A stretch of DNA of 64,000 bases from Pseudobdellovibrionaceae bacterium (lineage in GTDB: Bacteria > Bdellovibrionota > Bdellovibrionia > Bdellovibrionales > UBA1609): NCBI GenBank assembly GCA_030591685.1, contig JAUVAX010000002.1:1-64000 (forward strand), in the 5' to 3' direction. Below, in pieces: positions 60,100 to 64,000 of the stretch. The notes under the pieces are model-generated. The model saw nothing but the letters and a program-made list of their open reading frames with translations. It was not told the origin of the DNA and did not search any database. Both the position numbers and the translations under genes were made by a program. Positions within the stretch are counted from its first letter, which is position 1; the number at the start of each line of letters is the position of its first letter.

Positions 60100-62526
60100 A
60101 TGAGTAACGTTTGGCACGGTTTATTAATGGAACACCCTATGTACTTTATAGCGGTATTTTTTGCGGCCACTTTTATAGGTTACTTGGGACTGCCGTTCTT
60201 TATGTGGACAATTTTTATACTTGCCTTGGGGTATGGCTTGGGCTTGTCAGTTGTAGCTCTCTCTATTTTAGGTGTTTTGTTGGCCATCTTTTTAACCCCG
60301 CCTTTAAGACGAATTTTTATAAGTTCTTTTTTAATGAAAATGATGAAGAACTTGGTCCCCAAGATTTCAGAAACTGAGAGGACCGCTTTAGAGGCTGGAG
60401 TTGTTTGGGTCGAGTCGGATTTGTTTTCGGGAAAGCCAGATTTTAAAAAATTAATCAATGAGGACTACTCTGTCCTGTCCTCAGAGGAACAGGAATTTTT
60501 AAATGGACCGACAAATGAACTCTGTAAACTTTTAAACGATTGGGAAATATGGAGAACTCGAAAACTCTCAGACGAATCCTTTAACTTTATTAAGGAGAAG
60601 GGCTTTTTAGGGATGATCATCCCTAAAAAGTATGGAGGGTTAGGGTTTTCAGCCTCTGCACATGCCGACGTGATTGCTAAAATTTCATCAAGATCTATTA
60701 CAGCAGCAATTACAGTAATGGTGCCCAATTCGTTGGGCCCAGCAGAACTTCTTTTGCATTATGGTACAGAAGAGCAAAAAAACACATGGTTACCAAAGTT
60801 AGCCTCCGGCGAAGTGGTCCCCTGTTTTGGCCTCACTGAGCCTAATGCGGGCAGTGATGCGGGAGCCATTACTTCTGAGGGAGTCTTATTTAAAGGCGAG
60901 GATGGGCGAGTTAAGATTCGTCTTAATTGGAATAAAAGATGGATTACTTTGGCCTCAATTTCTGATGTGATTGGTTTGGCTTTTAAGCTTAAAGACCCTG
61001 AAGGACTTATTGGAGATAATAAGGATATAGGGATCACCTGTGCCCTTATACCCTCTAAAGCTCAAGGGGTTCATCTGGGGCGTAGGCATGACCCCCTAAG
61101 CATCCCTTTTTATAATTGCCCCACTCAAGGCGTTGACGTCATTGTTGATGCTGAGAACTCCATTATAGGTGGTATTGAAAAAGCGGGGCACGGTTGGAAG
61201 ATGTTAATGGAGTCCTTAGGGGCCGGAAGAGGTGTTTCTTTGCCATCATTAAGCTGTGGGGGCAATGCACTTTGTGCTCGAGTGAGTTCTAACCACGCTA
61301 TGATTCGTAAGCAATTTGGAGTTTCTATTGGTCTGTTTGAGGGGGTTCAAGAGCCGTTGGCACGAATAGGTGCCAGTAATTACTACTTAGAGGCCATGCG
61401 AAGGTACACGCTAGGTGCTTTAGATAGGGGCATAGCGCCGCCAGTAGTAACGGCTATGTGTAAGTACTATGCCACTGAAAAATTTAGGGACGCCGTTAAC
61501 GACAGCATGGATGTTTTAGGCGGCGCCGGTATTTCATTAGGGCCTAAAAATTTAATTGGATCTGGCTTTATGGCATCACCCATTAGCATAACGGTTGAAG
61601 GGGCAAATATATTAACAAGGACTTTAATGATTTTTGGGCAGGGCGCTTTAAGGGCCCACCCTTTTGCATTTAAAGAGGTGGATGCTATAGGCAAGGGCGA
61701 CCTCGTGGGTTTTGATCATGCTTTTTGGGGGCATATTGGACATGTTGTAAGAAACACATGTCGAATTATTTTACTAAGTCTCACTCGGGGGCACTTAAGC
61801 AGTCGAGGCACTGGTGGAGCTGTGGGACGATATTATCAAAAACTTTCATGGGCCTCTACGGGGTTTGCTTTGCTCGCTGATATAGCCATGGGCCTACTCG
61901 GTGGAAAATTAAAATTTAAAGAAAAATTGGCAGGGCGATTTGCTGATATTTTATCTTGGATGTACATAGCTATGGCCACCTTAAGAAGGTTTGAGGCGGA
62001 GGGGAGCCTAAAAGAGGACCTCCCCCTTGTGCATTACTCATTGAGGCACGCCTTTTCACAAATCCAAAGATCCTTTGAGGGCATCCATGCAAATTTAGAA
62101 GTTCCAGTCATTGGTTGGATTTTCAAATACCCTATTCGTTGGTTAAGTCGTTTTAATCGCTTTGACTCGGCCATTAGCGATAGTTTAGGGACTGAGGTTG
62201 TTAAAATATACACTCAAGATAGCGCTCAACGGGATCGTTTAACGAGTGGTATATATATACCCACGGAGACGAGTGAAGCTCTTGGGTTTCAGGAGCAAGC
62301 GTTTAAAGCAACTATGGCCTCAAAGCCCATTGTTAAAAAAATAAAGAAAGCCATGAGGGCCAAGCAGCTTAAAAAGGGCAGTATAACAGACGCCCTTAAA
62401 GACGCAGTGAGTCAATCAATTATTACAAGCGACGAGATGCAAGCCCTTAAAAGGGCCGAGGAGCTTTGTTTTGAGGCCATCCAGGTGGATTGTTTTACTG
62501 AAGAGGAGTACGTCTCTCGCGTGTAG
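60100..62526 (+). CDS. fadE: Long-form acyl-CoA dehydrogenase FadE
   Basis: N-terminal TMs; ISETERTALEAG, MVPNSLGPAELL, FGLTEPNAGSDAG and ITVEGANILTR motifs; C-terminal extension. Confidence 0.93.
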   Translation: MSNVWHGLLMEHPMYFIAVFFAATFIGYLGLPFFMWTIFILALGYGLGLSVVALSILGVLLAIFLTPPLRRIFISSFLMKMMKNLVPKISETERTALEAGVVWVESDLFSGKPDFKKLINEDYSVLSSEEQEFLNGPTNELCKLLNDWEIWRTRKLSDESFNFIKEKGFLGMIIPKKYGGLGFSASAHADVIAKISSRSITAAITVMVPNSLGPAELLLHYGTEEQKNTWLPKLASGEVVPCFGLTEPNAGSDAGAITSEGVLFKGEDGRVKIRLNWNKRWITLASISDVIGLAFKLKDPEGLIGDNKDIGITCALIPSKAQGVHLGRRHDPLSIPFYNCPTQGVDVIVDAENSIIGGIEKAGHGWKMLMESLGAGRGVSLPSLSCGGNALCARVSSNHAMIRKQFGVSIGLFEGVQEPLARIGASNYYLEAMRRYTLGALDRGIAPPVVTAMCKYYATEKFRDAVNDSMDVLGGAGISLGPKNLIGSGFMASPISITVEGANILTRTLMIFGQGALRAHPFAFKEVDAIGKGDLVGFDHAFWGHIGHVVRNTCRIILLSLTRGHLSSRGTGGAVGRYYQKLSWASTGFALLADIAMGLLGGKLKFKEKLAGRFADILSWMYIAMATLRRFEAEGSLKEDLPLVHYSLRHAFSQIQRSFEGIHANLEVPVIGWIFKYPIRWLSRFNRFDSAISDSLGTEVVKIYTQDSAQRDRLTSGIYIPTETSEALGFQEQAFKATMASKPIVKKIKKAMRAKQLKKGSITDALKDAVSQSIITSDEMQALKRAEELCFEAIQVDCFTEEEYVSRV

Positions 62527-62657
62527 AGAGAAGCGCGTAATATAAGTAAACTTAAAAAGGTCACTTAGTTATAGATTTGACATATTTTTGTTGATCTTTA
62601 GGCTCAAGTTCATTAAAACTCATTGGGTTAAATGAACAATAATATTGAGGCTATAAT

Positions 62658-62918
62658 ATGAAAAAAGATATCCATCCAGATCTTAGAGAAGTCGTTTTTC
62701 ACGATGTTTCCTGTGATTTTAAATACAAAACACTATCTACAGTTCGAACTAAACACGTTACCGACTGGGAAGATGGCAAAGAATACCCCTTAGTAAAGGT
62801 TGATATTTCAAGTGCTTCACATCCCTTTTATACGGGTCAACAACGAATTATAGACACAGAAGGCCGAGCCGAGAAATTTAAGAAAAAATTTGGTTCGCGC
62901 ATGTCTAAAAGAAACTAA
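62658..62918 (+). CDS. rpmE: 50S ribosomal protein L31, type B
   Basis: MKKDIHP..VVF.D and [10 protein letters not shown] motifs; 86 aa; lacks CxxC pairs. Confidence 0.95.
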   Translation: MKKDIHPDLREVVFHDVSCDFKYKTLSTVRTKHVTDWEDGKEYPLVKVDISSASHPFYTGQQRIIDTEGRAEKFKKKFGSRMSKRN

Positions 62919-62943
62919 CAGTACTTTTAAAATTCAAAGATTT

Positions 62944-62972
62944 AAGCCAGGCTTTTTGCTTGGCTTTTTTTT
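62944..62972 (+). terminator. Intrinsic terminator after rpmE
   Basis: AAGCCAGGC-ttttt-GCTTGGCTT followed by T-run. Confidence 0.8.
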
Positions 62973-63095
62973 GTCCGAAAACCTCAAACATTATTCGTTT
63001 TTCGAACCTCTATACAGTAGAGTTCGCTAAAAAGTGCCCTCTTGGGCTTGGCCTGAATATTTCATAGAGCTAAAGGTTAAGTTGAATAATAAAAA

Positions 63096-63989
63096 ATGAG
63101 TGAGGCACTTATGGCAAAAAAATCATTACTTATCGCAACACTTCCATGGCTTGGGGTTTCACTAAGCGGTGAGGAGTATATTTACTTAACTCATTTGTCT
63201 GAAAACTGTTCGCTAGAAAACTTACCTCGTCTGATAAAAGCAGAGGGTTTAAAACAAAAGTTAAGAGATGAAAAAAAATGGTGGGTACAGGCTCAAGGGT
63301 TCATCGACGGCATAGAAAAGTTAGGAGTCTCTTATACCTTGTTTAACGACCCCGACTACCCAAAGGGCTTTAAGCTGCTAGAGAACCCGCCTTTGATTTT
63401 AACCTATTTGGGGCTGCCCTGCTGGAAGTCATTACAGCTTTTGGCCGTAGTGGGGTCTCGTCAACCTCAAGCGCAAACGATGATTTGGTTAGATGAGGAT
63501 TTAGGACACTTTTTAACCACCTATGATATAGCTACAATTAGTGGGGGCGCTCGGGGGGTAGACCAAAAAGTACACCAAGTGAGTATAAGGGCCTCTTGCC
63601 CCACGATTTGTTTTTTGCCCTCAGGGCTTGGTGATATGTATCCAAAGTCACTCATCAACTGGCATCACCATATCATTGAGCAAGGGGGGGCAGTGGTGTC
63701 GCAGTTTTCCCCGTTTCAGCCGATGTATAAATCTCAGTTTCACGCTCGCAATCGTTTAATCGCGGGACTTTCAGATTATATGCTGATCGCAGAGGCAAAA
63801 CGAAAAAGTGGTAGTTTAATGACGGCAAGAATTGCCTTAGACCTGGGGCGACCCATTGGGGTTCTCCCTTGCTCGCCTGTTGGTGATACAGGGCAAGGGG
63901 GGCTTGACCTTATATATGATGGGGCTCAAATGATACGGGACTACAAAGACTTATACTTATCTATGGGTCGAGAGGGATACTGTTACTGA
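63096..63989 (+). CDS. dprA: DNA-processing protein DprA/Smf
   Basis: AVVGSR, ISGGARGVD, RNRLIAGLS, EA..KSGSL.TA and LI.DGA motifs. Confidence 0.88.
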   Translation: MSEALMAKKSLLIATLPWLGVSLSGEEYIYLTHLSENCSLENLPRLIKAEGLKQKLRDEKKWWVQAQGFIDGIEKLGVSYTLFNDPDYPKGFKLLENPPLILTYLGLPCWKSLQLLAVVGSRQPQAQTMIWLDEDLGHFLTTYDIATISGGARGVDQKVHQVSIRASCPTICFLPSGLGDMYPKSLINWHHHIIEQGGAVVSQFSPFQPMYKSQFHARNRLIAGLSDYMLIAEAKRKSGSLMTARIALDLGRPIGVLPCSPVGDTGQGGLDLIYDGAQMIRDYKDLYLSMGREGYCY

Positions 63990-64000
63990 GTAAAAATTTT

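Noticed and set aside
578..61694. Numerous other 60-135 aa ORFs nested in or antisense to long genes
   Set aside because: Overlap well-supported CDS and lack RBS or motifs
1..64000. CRISPR arrays, tRNA/rRNA, transposases, integrases, phage or defence genes
   Set aside because: No regularly spaced repeats, cloverleaf or rRNA signatures, or such protein motifs were seen by eye; small RNAs could have been missed
1..64000. Apparent excess of GGCC, AGCT and TTAA-centred hexamers
   Set aside because: Visual impression only; needs a Markov-corrected k-mer count before any claim

Overview
A gene-dense, AT-rich bacterial chromosomal segment with about 50 CDS. I found no rRNA, tRNA, CRISPR array, prophage or IS element. 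The content points to a Bdellovibrionota-type predatory bacterium; this is an inference from the many orphan lipoproteins and secreted proteases, the REC-CheX, HD-GYP and FecR-FN3 proteins, and an RxPAS motif. Housekeeping genes are mgtE, greA, sohB, hemB, maf, lgt, nrdAB (class Ia), mutS2, lnt, crcB, ogt, a stand-alone Cys-free rpsD, fadE, type-B rpmE and dprA. Accessory content includes six putative lipoproteins, M10, S8 and S41 proteases, outer-membrane barrels, a three-gene phosphorelay linked to a Gly-rich GlyGly-CTERM-like surface protein, and c-di-GMP proteins (intact and degenerate HD-GYP, REC-GGDEF). The main non-obvious signals are: (1) four sigma54 -24/-12 promoters, two with clear IHF-like sites, all in front of exported or lipoprotein genes; (2) sigma28-like and sigma70-like -10 boxes 6-7 nt from start codons, suggesting leaderless mRNAs; (3) a long, multi-hairpin nrdA leader with NrdR-like boxes; (4) G9-G10 tracts; (5) an acidic, internally duplicated PBECR-like protein; (6) a coiled-coil/Hsp20 fusion; (7) an internal signal-peptide-like segment in the FecR protein. 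The sequence alone does not prove any single novel system.
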